Shown: positions 10,636 to 21,741 of the stretch, one piece after another
Layout of the letters: every line of letters starts with the position of its first letter
How positions within the stretch are numbered: position 1 is the stretch's first letter
Source of the DNA: an uncultured Planctomycetota bacterium
Lineage (GTDB): Bacteria > Planctomycetota > Phycisphaerae > Tepidisphaerales > Tepidisphaeraceae
DNA length: 64,000 nt
NCBI GenBank assembly: GCA_963841915.1
Contig: CAWJEN010000006.1
Coordinates: 1,024,001 to 1,088,000, forward strand
Reading direction: 5' to 3'
Position numbers and translations under genes: made by a program
Notes under the pieces: model-generated
The model's input: the letters and a program-made list of their open reading frames with translations, nothing else
The model's database searches: none
What the model was told of the DNA's origin: nothing

Positions 10636-11306
10636 GCGTGGGGCCGTTTGCGATAGGTCGCACGGCATCGCCTGACGATCGGCTGCTCAGGGTCCTGCAT
10701 CACGTCGAATTGCTCAGCAGACAAGGCGTCGTGAAGCGGCAACAGATCCTCTCGCGTCAGCGGCCACGGCGGCCCGTCCTCCGGTTCGTCCGGCTCACGG
10801 AGCCGACAGATCACAATCAGTCGCCCTTCGACGCGCAGCCACGTGGGTAAAAGATGGACAATCTGCGACCGGATCGGATCGCGAACCGCCTGCAGCGTGT
10901 AGGACTCCACGATCAGATCGAACCGGCCCAGCCAAGTAGCAGGCGGCGCGGCTGCGTCGGCAACCTGGTAATCGACCCGCGACTCAGGCCACCGCCGACG
11001 GCACCAGTGGACGGCGGTAGGTGACAGGTCGAACGCCGTCACCTCGTAGCCCGCTGCCGCAACGGCTTCGGCATCGTCACCGAGTCCGCACCCGACGACG
11101 AGGCCACGGCCGCCGCGTGGCGATGCACCATCTAACCACTCGACCAGCAAAGGGTTTGGCCGATTGTCCGCCCAAGGCACCTGCACGTCGTCACCGTTTG
11201 CCGCTCGGTAAAGCGGCTCGAACCAGGCAGCCGAATCCCCAGACGACGCGGCCTGACGCCCCAGCAGGCGAGCACGCTCGCGGCCGACGTCTGATTCTTC
11301 GTGCAT
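10623..11306 (-). CDS. Class I SAM methyltransferase (TPMT-like)
   Basis: 'VPW', 'LVVGCGLGDDA', 'AFDLSPTA', 'GPPWPL' motifs. Confidence 0.8.
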   Translation of the reverse strand: MHEESDVGRERARLLGRQAASSGDSAAWFEPLYRAANGDDVQVPWADNRPNPLLVEWLDGASPRGGRGLVVGCGLGDDAEAVAAAGYEVTAFDLSPTAVHWCRRRWPESRVDYQVADAAAPPATWLGRFDLIVESYTLQAVRDPIRSQIVHLLPTWLRVEGRLIVICRLREPDEPEDGPPWPLTREDLLPLHDALSAEQFDVMQDPEQPIVRRCRATYRKRPHAQGD

Positions 11307-11349
11307 GGTCTACCTCCGCGGTAGTTGAAGGGGTCTGCAGTACTAGCTC

Positions 11350-11775
11350 TCAGTCCATGTCATCGACGTCGCCCTTGCGGTCCATCGCCAGATTCGCCAG
11401 ACGATCGGCGAGCTTGTTCTGGTCGCGAAGCTTGTGCACGTACGACACACTGCCGACCTCACCCGCGGCGGCTACGGCTTTGAGGTACAACGGCTTAAGG
11501 TTCTCGTTCCGCACTCGGTACTGCCCCTTCATCTGCTTGATCACAAGCTCGCTGTCTCCGCGGACAGTTACCTCGTCGGCACCGAGTTCGACCGCCTTCT
11601 CCAGGGCGAAGACGAGGCCGCTGTACTCGGCGACGTTGTTCGTCGCCCGGCCGACGTAACGACCTGCGGTGACGAGCGGCGTCGATTCGTCACGCGCGTC
11701 GCGGATCACGGCACCAAAGCCGGCGGGTCCGGGGTTGCCACGAGACCCGCCGTCAAATTCAACGATCAGATGCAT
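11350..11775 (-). CDS. rnhA: Ribonuclease HI
   Basis: 'FDGGSRGNPGPAG', 'TNNVAEY', 'GDSELV', 'NKLADRLAN' catalytic motifs. Confidence 0.9.
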   Translation of the reverse strand: MHLIVEFDGGSRGNPGPAGFGAVIRDARDESTPLVTAGRYVGRATNNVAEYSGLVFALEKAVELGADEVTVRGDSELVIKQMKGQYRVRNENLKPLYLKAVAAAGEVGSVSYVHKLRDQNKLADRLANLAMDRKGDVDDMD

Positions 11776-11792
11776 GAAGCAGCCTAAGCCGC

Positions 11793-12980
11793 TCAGGCGA
11801 CCGGCGTCGGCTCAGCATCGGGCAGAACTGTCGGTTGGCTCGGGACCCGATCCGTTACATCTTCCGTGGGATCGCCCAATGCACCCGAAGGCGACGCATC
11901 GGCCGACACGACGGCAACGCCGTTGTCATCAAGCTCGATCACATCAAGCTCCAGCTCAAGATCGGCGGCCTGCATACGGCCGGAGATGAGCTTGGCGTAG
12001 GTGTCGCGGCTGGCTACCGTCAGCGGGCCCACGGCGTCTTCGACACCAGCAACGCGCACCTCGACATCAACCGTCGGCTGACCCTCGACTTGGGCCGCAC
12101 GCATGGATTCGGCGGCGGCGGTCGTGAGCACACGCTTGACATCCGCTGGCACGCCCTTGCGGTCCTTGCGAGCCGGGGCCTTCTTCGTGGTCTTCTTACG
12201 AGTGGCCCGCTTGGCCGTCTTCTTCTTCTGCCGGACGGCCATTTCGGGCGTCAAATCCTGTGGGATGTACAACATGCGACCGCAGCCGGGGCACGTGACG
12301 ATGTCGTCCCGCGTCTTAAGGCGGTTGTAAACGTCCACCACCAGCTCCATGTTGCAGGCGGTGCAGTAGTAGCGCTCCTCTTTGCCGTCGATGTGACCGA
12401 TGGGAGCAAGGGCTTCGCCCTCATAATTGTCAGCCAGTCGATCGTAGGAGCCGGCAAGTTCACCCGGCAACTGCGACGCCGCCTCGTCACGCTTCGGCTG
12501 AAGCTCGTCGATATTGGCCTGCAGCTCGGCAGTGCGGTCGCCGATCTCGGCCTCGGCGGCCTTGGCCTTCTCTGCCTCAACCTTGGCTTGCTCACGCTGC
12601 TCGATCTCAAGCTTCTGCAGGTTCTCGATCTCCGTCGCTTGAGCGACGCCTTCTTCTTCGATCCGCTCGCGCTCTGCCTTCTGCGTGTTGAGCTGCTGGA
12701 GCAATGCCTGGTACTGGCGGTGGTTCTTTGCTTCTTGCTGTTGAAGGCGGAGGTGCTCGATGCCCTCGTCGCGATACTTCAGATCGCCTTCGAGCTCCAT
12801 GCCCTTGGCCTTGAGGTGCTGAAGCTTGTCGTGCGTGTCAGACAGGCTCTGCAGGGCAAGATCGGCCCGCTTCTTCTGCACGCGAACGCCTCGGGTGGCC
12901 CGATCAAGCTCATCCTTGGCAAGGCGGAGTTCGCCGTCGGCGTGGAACAGTCGCAGGAGTGCTTCGTTGGTGGGACCCAT
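11793..12980 (-). CDS. Coiled-coil + C4 zinc-ribbon protein (DUF164/CT398-like) with C-terminal extension
   Basis: Long coiled coil then 'CTAC...CPGCGRML'; start chosen at ATG 12980 (MGPTNEALL). Confidence 0.8.
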   Translation of the reverse strand: MGPTNEALLRLFHADGELRLAKDELDRATRGVRVQKKRADLALQSLSDTHDKLQHLKAKGMELEGDLKYRDEGIEHLRLQQQEAKNHRQYQALLQQLNTQKAERERIEEEGVAQATEIENLQKLEIEQREQAKVEAEKAKAAEAEIGDRTAELQANIDELQPKRDEAASQLPGELAGSYDRLADNYEGEALAPIGHIDGKEERYYCTACNMELVVDVYNRLKTRDDIVTCPGCGRMLYIPQDLTPEMAVRQKKKTAKRATRKKTTKKAPARKDRKGVPADVKRVLTTAAAESMRAAQVEGQPTVDVEVRVAGVEDAVGPLTVASRDTYAKLISGRMQAADLELELDVIELDDNGVAVVSADASPSGALGDPTEDVTDRVPSQPTVLPDAEPTPVA

Positions 12981-14126
12981 CGTGTGCAGTCGGTGGTTTT
13001 CGTCGTCGGACAACGCGGCCGGCGGCAAAGTGCCGCGGCCGTTGCGTTGAGTTGCGGGCAGTGAGTGTAGCCCGCCTGCTGGCGTTTCGCATGCATGCAG
13101 CGAGAAGAAGCCTCTCCGCCAACCGCTCATAAGGTTCAATCGGGTGAAAAGCCACGAGGTTCATCGGCACATTACGTGCTGAAACGGCCATCGGCCGCCA
13201 GGCTTGCAGCTGTGCGATGTCAGGGGTCGATCGCTCGCTAGCGACCGTTTCGGAAGCGAAAGCCGGATCAAATTGTCGCGCGACGTCACCCCAGGCGTCG
13301 CACGGAGCATCGTGCGTCTCAACATGAGAAGCGGCGGCGTCGGGCGGCGCACGCACCCCACAGGCTTAGAGCTTGAGCAAAGCGACGGCAACGCAGCCAC
13401 TTTGGTTCGATCCAGGAAGAGCTAAGCGGCCGTAGCCCCGGCTTGTGTCAGTCAACAGAGTCGGCAGTCGCTCGCGTCAGCAACAGATGGACCTCGCGGT
13501 CGGCATCCTCCAGTCTTGCAGTAGGCGAACGGTGCGAATGCCCGTGACTGAAACGGGTTCAACTTTCGTCGCCTGCACCTGGATGCGAAGACGTAGAAGC
13601 AACGAGGAAGCAGCCAGGCGGATGGAGTCGAACGCTCCCCACAGCAAGTACATCGCGTCTCCCAACGTAGTCCACGGTTGCCAAGCCAGTGCCGCAGCCC
13701 GTCACCCGTTTCGACAACTGCCCCTTAGGGAACAGGCGCTTACATGCGCGGAAGACAGAGCCGGATGATGTGCGGCGGCAGGCTCAGCTTCGGGCACGCC
13801 GAAGCTTCCGAAGCCACTCGCCCAATCTGCTCAGGCATCATGTTGTGCAGCTATGAGCGTCGTGAATGCCGGATCGAACGGGAACATCCAATAGCAACCG
13901 ACAGCCTGAAGGTGTGAATAAGCGGGATTCGTGACGATGAGCAACCAGTTCCACAAGAGGCCGACCACCAGCCTGAGCAGCTACTTATTGTTCCATCCGC
14001 TCAACGTCATGCTTCTTCTCACCTCTGCAAGTCCGGCAGGACAAGGCGGTTGAGCTACTCAAGGATCAGTTATCGAGAGGGACGGCGGTCAATGGGTCAG
14101 GCAGAAAGACAAACGATCCGCGCAGC

Positions 14127-14156
14127 AAAAACCCCGCAGCGTGAACTGCGGGGTTT
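14127..14156 (-). terminator. Intrinsic terminator downstream of the 16S rRNA gene
   Basis: Stem AAACCCCGCAG / CTGCGGGGTTT; the A5 run at 14127-14131 reads as a U tract on the minus strand. Confidence 0.8.
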
Positions 14157-14293
14157 CTGTCTCTTGGACAGGAGAATAGTCGGATCGACGACCACCGTGA
14201 GGTGGCCCCATGTGAATGGGCGAGGATGCGCTGACGAGCGTTCTTCACTCGGCGGACGAGTCCGCTTTGCTTCTGAACGTCTACGTAATCCCG

Positions 14294-15785
<1,492 letters not shown>

Positions 15786-16094
15786 TGTTCTTGATGCAGC
15801 CGACCGAAGCCAACTGCTTAATCTCAAACGTTGAAGGTTTGCCCTTGCCGATCGACTTATAAGGAAATAAGACGACCGGCGATGTGGCAACCGAAGTTGC
15901 CACGGACAAGACTCTAACTTTTTTCTAGCTGGCACGCCGCTTTGGCCGAAGCCTCTACGACGTGTTCTTAACTAAATTGGGGATCACTTGCGTACACGCA
16001 AGGATGTGCTTGTTAGAGCTTTTTTGGAAGGACTCTTGCGAGCCCTTAGATCTATGCCACTTACCATCGCTGGTGAGTGGCCACATCCTCGCGG

Positions 16095-16122
16095 CGATCC
16101 GACTATTCACCTGTCAAAGAAC
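16095..16122 (-). promoter_or_regulatory. rRNA leader: boxA-like site and 5' arm of the processing stalk
   Basis: Minus strand GTTCTTTGACAG resembles boxA; 16095-16120 and 14162-14187 form an inverted repeat (24/26 match). Confidence 0.8.
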
Positions 16123-16171
16123 CTTTCCGCTTCGTCGCGTGCCTTTCGGCGTTGCGTCCGTCGCGGTGGGC

Positions 16172-16199
16172 AGTGTAGGCGGCTTTGGCTGGTGGTCCA
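16172..16199 (-). promoter_or_regulatory. rRNA promoter P2 (sigma70-type)
   Basis: Minus strand TGGACC-N16-TACACT followed by a GC-rich discriminator. Confidence 0.6.
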
Positions 16200-16292
16200 G
16201 TGTCTTGCCGCTTTTTTCTGCCGTCGCCTCCGTCGCGTTGAACTCTGCTGAACAATCTGTTCGGCATTTGTTCCCCGCTGCGGGTGCCGGGA

Positions 16293-16320
16293 AAGATAGG
16301 CCGCCCCTTCCATTCGTCAA
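16293..16320 (-). promoter_or_regulatory. rRNA promoter P1 (sigma70-type)
   Basis: Minus strand TTGACG-N16-TATCTT; the 16-bp spacer is typical of rRNA promoters. Confidence 0.7.
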
Positions 16321-16372
16321 TGGGTGAGGGTCATTTTCCCGCTCCGCATCTTCGCTCCATTCACGCAAACCT

Positions 16373-18007
16373 CTAGCGTTGGCGGCCTTGGGTCTTCTCT
16401 TCCGTTTCGTCATCCTTCCGCCTCGGCCGCAATGTGAGGCGCATCGGCACGTCGCCGAACTCCGTCTCGTCCCTCAGGCGGTTGATCAGGAACCGGCGGT
16501 AGCTCTCGTCGAACAGGTCCGGATCATTCACAAACAACACGACGTGCGGCGGATTCGTCCTGACCTGCGTCGCGTAGAAGACCTTGGGCCGCTTGCGACC
16601 GCCCTTTCCTCCGCCGGGTGTCCGGGCGGCCAGAGCTCGCTCAATCGCTCGATTCAGCTCCCCGGTGCCGATGCGAGACGAAGCTGCCTTGTGCAGGCTC
16701 CTACACGCATCGAGCAAGGCTGCCACATTTCGACCTTCGTTGGCTGAGATGAACGCAATCGGGGCAAATGCCAGTCCGGGCACCTCTGCCTCCAGGTAGT
16801 CCCGGTACTCGTCCATCAGGTCGCCGTCCCTCGGCATCGGTTGCTTGGTGTCTGCCGCCTCGTCGCGACGCAGCTTCCGGGCCAGGTCCCATTTGTTGAC
16901 CACGACGATCGTCGGTTTCATCTCGTCGGCCACGTACTGGCCGAGCTTTTTGTCCGGTTCGCTCACGCGCAGCGTCGCGTCGGTAAGCATCAGCACCACG
17001 TCGGCCCGCCTCACGGAGCGTTGAGCCCGGTGAAAGCTGTAGAATTCGACGTCGGTGCTGACCATGTGCCGCTTCTTCCGCACGCCTGCCGTGTCGATGA
17101 CGGTCATGGTGCGGCCGTCCTTCTCGAAGATCACGTCGACGCTGTCTCGCGTGGTGCCGGCCACTTCGCTGACGATGACGCGGTCTCCGCCGCCCTCTTC
17201 TTCATTGAACAAACGGGCGATCGCATTGACGAGCGTGCTCTTGCCGGCGTTGCGCTTGCCGACGATGGCGATCTTGATGTCCGGCACCGGCGGGTTCCGT
17301 GGTGCGTCGGCCAGTTCGATGTTCTCGCTGATCACGTCGGCGATGCGCCTGACGTTGCGGCCGGTCGTCGCGCTCACCGCCATCGGCGTGCCAAATCCAA
17401 GGCGGCTGAAGTCGGCGATGTTCAGGTCGTACTTCTCACCGTCGGCCTTGTTGGCAATCGGAACCACAGGCCGCCCGGTCCGGCGAAGCAGGTCAGAGAT
17501 CATCTCGTCGCCCGCCAGCGGCCCCGTGTGGGCGTCGAGCAGGAAGAACATCAGGTCCGCCCGCTTCATGGCCGTCTCAACCTGGTCCTTAATGTGCTGC
17601 GTCAGGCCTTGGGAGTCCTCGAACCCGTAGCCGCCCGTGTCGACGAGTTGCACCCAACGCGGGCCGTCGTCGGTGTCGATTTCAAGCGGAATGCTAACGC
17701 GGTCGCGCGTCACGCCCGGTTGATCCTGCACGATGGCTACGCGCTTGCGGACAAGGGCGTTCAACAGCGACGACTTGCCGACGTTGGGCCGACCGACAAT
17801 GGCAACCGTCGGGTACCGGATGGGCGGCGGCAAGTCCTCGGGCGGCATGTCGTCGGCCGCGTCTTCGTCCAGCAGGTCATCCTCGGATAACGAAGCGTCA
17901 TCCTCCGACAACGAAACGTCATCCTCGGGCAATGCCGCATCAGGCACTTCCGGTGCCTCCGCAGTGTCGTCTTGGTCTTGCGTCAGATCGGGCTCGGCAA
18001 CGGACAT
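16373..18007 (-). CDS. der: Ribosome biogenesis GTPase Der (EngA)
   Basis: Two GTPase domains (GRPNVGKS/DTGG/NKAD; GKRNAGKS/DTAG/NKWD) plus KH-like C-terminus; acidic N-terminal extension. Confidence 0.95.
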   Translation of the reverse strand: MSVAEPDLTQDQDDTAEAPEVPDAALPEDDVSLSEDDASLSEDDLLDEDAADDMPPEDLPPPIRYPTVAIVGRPNVGKSSLLNALVRKRVAIVQDQPGVTRDRVSIPLEIDTDDGPRWVQLVDTGGYGFEDSQGLTQHIKDQVETAMKRADLMFFLLDAHTGPLAGDEMISDLLRRTGRPVVPIANKADGEKYDLNIADFSRLGFGTPMAVSATTGRNVRRIADVISENIELADAPRNPPVPDIKIAIVGKRNAGKSTLVNAIARLFNEEEGGGDRVIVSEVAGTTRDSVDVIFEKDGRTMTVIDTAGVRKKRHMVSTDVEFYSFHRAQRSVRRADVVLMLTDATLRVSEPDKKLGQYVADEMKPTIVVVNKWDLARKLRRDEAADTKQPMPRDGDLMDEYRDYLEAEVPGLAFAPIAFISANEGRNVAALLDACRSLHKAASSRIGTGELNRAIERALAARTPGGGKGGRKRPKVFYATQVRTNPPHVVLFVNDPDLFDESYRRFLINRLRDETEFGDVPMRLTLRPRRKDDETEEKTQGRQR

Positions 18008-18029
18008 GCCCGAGTCTATCGCAATTTAG

Positions 18030-19061
18030 TTATTGGAAGCCGCCGAACAGGACGATCGGGCCTGAAGGCACGGCCACGCCGCCGGCCGGCTCAAGGCTGA
18101 CGGCAATCCCGCCGAGCGATTCGGGCAACTCCTGCAGCGCCTGCACGTTGAGCGTGCCGCTACCCGTCTCATCGACCTTGAACGTCCCCAGCGGAACCGG
18201 ACCGCCTTTACCGACGATTGCCCACGCCTGGTACGTCTGCTCCGCAGCCGGCGGCGTGAGATTGCCCACGTCCAGCCGCAGCCTGCCTTCGCCGCGGCTC
18301 AAGACCACGTTGCCCGTCGCCTGACGCCTGGCTTCAGTACCTTCCAAGCTCGCCAGGAGCGTTTCAGGGATCATTGCCAGCCGAACCGCGTCGTTGGCAG
18401 CCGCGACCTGCGTCGAAAGCTCATCCAGCTGATTTTCAGCGTCGGCGAACTGTCCTCGAAGCTGGCCGACCCGGTCACGCAGCCGTCCGACCTCTGCTTG
18501 AAGCAGTTCGACAGCCGTGCCCTGGTTCTCCGCCAGCACATTGGCCTCACGAAGGGATTGCTGGGCGGCGTCGAGTTCAAGTTCAGCTTCCGCTGCCGCA
18601 GCAGCCCTCGCATCACGGGCGTCGCGTACCAGCACAAGATCGCCCTGCAGTTGTTCAACAATTTCTGTGAGCGTGTCAGCCTCCTGACGTGAGACTGCCA
18701 ACTGCCTGCTCGTCGAACTCGACCGCACCAGCAGGAAGGTCGAGAGCCCCAAAAGGCCCACCACGAGCAACGCCGCCACGGCCGGTAGCCACCATCGCGT
18801 CAACGGAACGGTGGACTTCCGCGTGCTGATTTGCCCGCGAAGTCGCTGCCATTGCATCTGTGTCACGCGGGCCGGCTGCGGCGCGTTGGCCAACGCGGCG
18901 GCGACCGCCTGGGCTTCTGCGAAGGCTGCGACTGCACGCGGATCGCCTGACTCCAACAGGCCCACGGCCTGATGCACCTCGGCCTCGTCGGCAAGTTCGG
19001 TAGCGTAGAGCAGCATCAATTCGCTCAGCTCCATCGGGGTTCGGGCTTTGTCATACATCAA
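18030..19061 (-). CDS. Anti-sigma factor, RskA-like, with coiled-coil insert
   Basis: N-terminal anti-sigma domain, one TM, coiled coil, 'YQAWAI' and 'IAVSLEPAGG...PSGPIV'; overlaps the sigma gene stop. Confidence 0.8.
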   Translation of the reverse strand: MMYDKARTPMELSELMLLYATELADEAEVHQAVGLLESGDPRAVAAFAEAQAVAAALANAPQPARVTQMQWQRLRGQISTRKSTVPLTRWWLPAVAALLVVGLLGLSTFLLVRSSSTSRQLAVSRQEADTLTEIVEQLQGDLVLVRDARDARAAAAAEAELELDAAQQSLREANVLAENQGTAVELLQAEVGRLRDRVGQLRGQFADAENQLDELSTQVAAANDAVRLAMIPETLLASLEGTEARRQATGNVVLSRGEGRLRLDVGNLTPPAAEQTYQAWAIVGKGGPVPLGTFKVDETGSGTLNVQALQELPESLGGIAVSLEPAGGVAVPSGPIVLFGGFQ

Positions 19062-19723
19062 GCCATCTCCTCCCCCGGCCGATGGCCGAACAACGCGCTT
19101 CTGATCTTCAAAAGGCCACGACGAATGTGTCCTTTCACAGTTCCAATCGGCGTTCCGGTCAGCTCGGCGATTTCCTTGTGAGTCAGACTGTCGTAAAACG
19201 CTAATTCTAGCGAACGCCTTTGGGCGTCCGGTAGCGTGTCCAGCGCTCCCAGAACAGCCTGTCGCAGTTCGTCCTGCTCGGCAGGATCGCCCGCTGGTTG
19301 ATCCGACTTCTCAGACGGAAGATGCCCTTCGTAGGGCACAGTTTGATGATCACGGCGTCGCAGGCGATCGAGACATCGACTGCGGGTGATCAATAGCAGA
19401 TACGAACGTGGACGGCCGCGGGATGCCGAGAATCTCGAACATTTCTCCCACACCTCCAGAAACACCTCGTTGACCGCGTCTTCGGCCTCGTGCTGATCCC
19501 TCAACATCCGCCGGGCCAGCCCCAGCATGAGCGGGCCGTGACGATGGAACAACGTTTCGAGCGCACTTACATCTCCGGCCACCATGCCGTCGAACAGTTG
19601 ATGATCGTCCCTGGCGTCTTCCACGTCTTCCGCGACCTTGCCGCGGGGGCAGCCTACACAAAGCAGGACGTTTGGGAAGGTCCAGCTTAGCCGACCGGCT
19701 AAGAGTGCAATGACGGCGGGCAC
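19058..19723 (-). CDS. ECF sigma factor (SigK-like); true start probably downstream of 19723
   Basis: 'AEDAVNEVFLEVW' region 2 and 'THKEIAELTGTPIGTVKGHIRRGL' region 4. Confidence 0.88.
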   Translation of the reverse strand: MPAVIALLAGRLSWTFPNVLLCVGCPRGKVAEDVEDARDDHQLFDGMVAGDVSALETLFHRHGPLMLGLARRMLRDQHEAEDAVNEVFLEVWEKCSRFSASRGRPRSYLLLITRSRCLDRLRRRDHQTVPYEGHLPSEKSDQPAGDPAEQDELRQAVLGALDTLPDAQRRSLELAFYDSLTHKEIAELTGTPIGTVKGHIRRGLLKIRSALFGHRPGEEMA

Positions 19724-20013
19724 GTCGCTTCCGTGCGTCCCACTAAGCTGCGGACGGACACCCTCGAGGTCAGCGAAGCCCCTTACGCCCCCTGAATCGG
19801 GTTGAGCAAGACCCCGAAAGGCGATCGCGTTTTGTCCCTTTGCCGCGCGTCTGCCCTAGCGTATGTTGCGTACTCATGGTGCAGGAGATCCCGATTCGAT
19901 CGGCAGGTCTCGGCAGTATTACTGCGTCGCCTGTGTGGGTGACAAGTGACATGAGAAGACACCTACGGATCGTCGTGCCGCACGGGCTCGGCACCGGAAT
20001 GCGGAGAAATAGC

Positions 20014-20904
20014 ATGAAAACCCAGATTCTTTTGGCCGCCACAGCGGCCGCTATCGCGAGTATGCCGGCTTCGGCCGACATCATTTATGGCCTGACGACG
20101 CAAAACAGCATTGCGGTCATCGACAGCGCCATGCCGAGCGACTCGATTGACGGCGGCTTCGTCATGGGCCTCGGCCAGAACGAGAACCTGCTCGAGATCG
20201 ACTACCGCCCCGGCACCGGCGAGCTGTACGCGATCAGCAGCCAGGACAACGTCTACACGATTGACCTGAACTCGTTCGAGGCCAACCTCGTCGGCAACTT
20301 CACCCCGCCGAGCCTGCGTGGCACGAGCTACGCCTTCGACTTCAACAACGCCTTCGATGGTGGCAGCGGCCTTGCCGCCGACATCGGCCGCTTCGCTCGC
20401 ATCATCAGCGACACCGACAACAACCGCGTTATCGACGGTGACACCGGTCAGTACCTCGGCACCCCCGAGAAGACCCCGGTCTTCTACCCGGCAGGTGACC
20501 CGAGCTTCGGCGTCAACCCGAACATCGTCGGCATCGGCTACACGAACGCCTTCCCCGGCGCTCAGAGCACCCAGCAGTACGGCATCGACCGCGCCACGGG
20601 CAACCTCGTCACCGTCGCCAACAACGCCGGCACGCTCAACACCGTTGGCAGCCTCGGCGTCACCGGCTTCACCAACGAGGCCGAGCTGGACATCTCGGGC
20701 GACAACGTCGCCTTCGCTGTCCTGCAGAACGGCCCCAGCAGCGTCCTGTACACGGTCGATCTCGGCACGGGTGCAGCCACGCCGCTCGGCGACTTCGCCA
20801 GCGGTGACCTGATCCGCAGCCTCGCTGTCGTTCCGGTTCCGGAGCCGACAACCGCCGCCGTCCTGGGCCTCGGTGCCCTCGGCATGCTGCGTCGCCGTCG
20901 CTAA
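20014..20904 (+). CDS. Secreted PEP-CTERM protein with DUF4394-like beta domain
   Basis: Signal peptide MKTQILLAATAAA; 'IDYRPGTGELYA', 'TVANNAGTLNTVGSLG'; C-terminus VPEPTTAAVLGLGALGMLRRRR. Confidence 0.85.
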   Translation: MKTQILLAATAAAIASMPASADIIYGLTTQNSIAVIDSAMPSDSIDGGFVMGLGQNENLLEIDYRPGTGELYAISSQDNVYTIDLNSFEANLVGNFTPPSLRGTSYAFDFNNAFDGGSGLAADIGRFARIISDTDNNRVIDGDTGQYLGTPEKTPVFYPAGDPSFGVNPNIVGIGYTNAFPGAQSTQQYGIDRATGNLVTVANNAGTLNTVGSLGVTGFTNEAELDISGDNVAFAVLQNGPSSVLYTVDLGTGAATPLGDFASGDLIRSLAVVPVPEPTTAAVLGLGALGMLRRRR

Positions 20905-20934
20905 CGCGACAACGGCTCAGCCCACCTGCCCATC

Positions 20935-20968
20935 AGCGGCCCGCAGGAACTTCTGGGGGCCGCTTCTT
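20935..20968 (+). terminator. Probable terminator after the PEP-CTERM gene
   Basis: AGCGGCCC...GGGCCGCT hairpin followed by TCTT. Confidence 0.5.
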
Positions 20969-21118
20969 GATGCGCGGTCTCCAAGCGAGCAACACGTTAC
21001 CTTTCCGTCATCCCGAGCGAAGCCTGGCCCTGATTGGACGATGCGCGAGACAGGTGGCCTGCTTTCTCACACTTAGCCCCCTCCGGGCTGGCGGGCGAGC
21101 AGGTCGATGGCTAGCCGC

Positions 21119-21730
21119 TCAGTCCTTTTCCCGCCGGACGCCGAGTTCGCGGGCGATTTCGCCGTCGAGTTTGTCGAGCTGGCTGAGTTCTTCCTGTTCC
21201 TCTGCCACGACGTCCGCCTCGATCATGCGGTCGATTTCGTCGTCGGTCACCAGATCGTCTCGACTGCCGGCCGCCGCGGGGTCGGCCGAGCCGCCCTGCT
21301 CCATGGCGTCGAGGAACAGGTCCATCCGCTCTTCCATGCTGCCGGCCTGGCTGACGGCTTTCTCCCAGTCGGCCTGCGTCTTGGTCAGATCCAGCTCACC
21401 GAAACTGCGACCGATCTCGCGGGCGATGACGTTCATGCTCTCGGCAAACTCTCGACCGGCCTCGGCCTGCTTCTGGATGAGCATCGCGTTCTTCATGCTC
21501 AGCAATTGCCGCTCGAGCATCTTCCGCACTGCCGCAGTCCGCTTGAGGCTGCCGCGGATGAATTGGTACTGCTGCTCATCGCCGACGCGTTTGGCCTGCC
21601 GGGCGTTCTTGAGAAAGTCCTCGCCGAAGCGTTCCTGTTGTTTGATGGAACGCTCGATTGACCGCAGCGACTGCCGCAGCCGCATGTCCCGCTCGACGCG
21701 GCGTTCTTCTTTGCTTTTGAACAGGCCCAT
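21119..21730 (-). CDS. ESCRT-III-like (Snf7/CdvB-type) helical protein, 203 aa
   Basis: Starts MGLFK; basic N-terminal helical hairpin; acidic C-terminal half with 'VTDDEIDRMIE'; no TM segment. Confidence 0.65.
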   Translation of the reverse strand: MGLFKSKEERRVERDMRLRQSLRSIERSIKQQERFGEDFLKNARQAKRVGDEQQYQFIRGSLKRTAAVRKMLERQLLSMKNAMLIQKQAEAGREFAESMNVIAREIGRSFGELDLTKTQADWEKAVSQAGSMEERMDLFLDAMEQGGSADPAAAGSRDDLVTDDEIDRMIEADVVAEEQEELSQLDKLDGEIARELGVRREKD

Positions 21731-21741
21731 GAGGCGACAGC

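Noticed and set aside
12981..14126. RNase P RNA or tmRNA near the zinc-ribbon/RNase H genes
   Set aside because: I found no GAGGAAAGUCC-type RNase P signature or tRNA-like tmRNA ends on either strand.
17870..17930. Short SLSEDD peptide repeat in the Der N-terminus
   Set aside because: Low-complexity acidic extension with two copies; no evidence of a separate element.
21005..21090. GTCATCCCGAGCGAAGC REP-like fragment between convergent genes
   Set aside because: Single partial copy with no complete palindrome.
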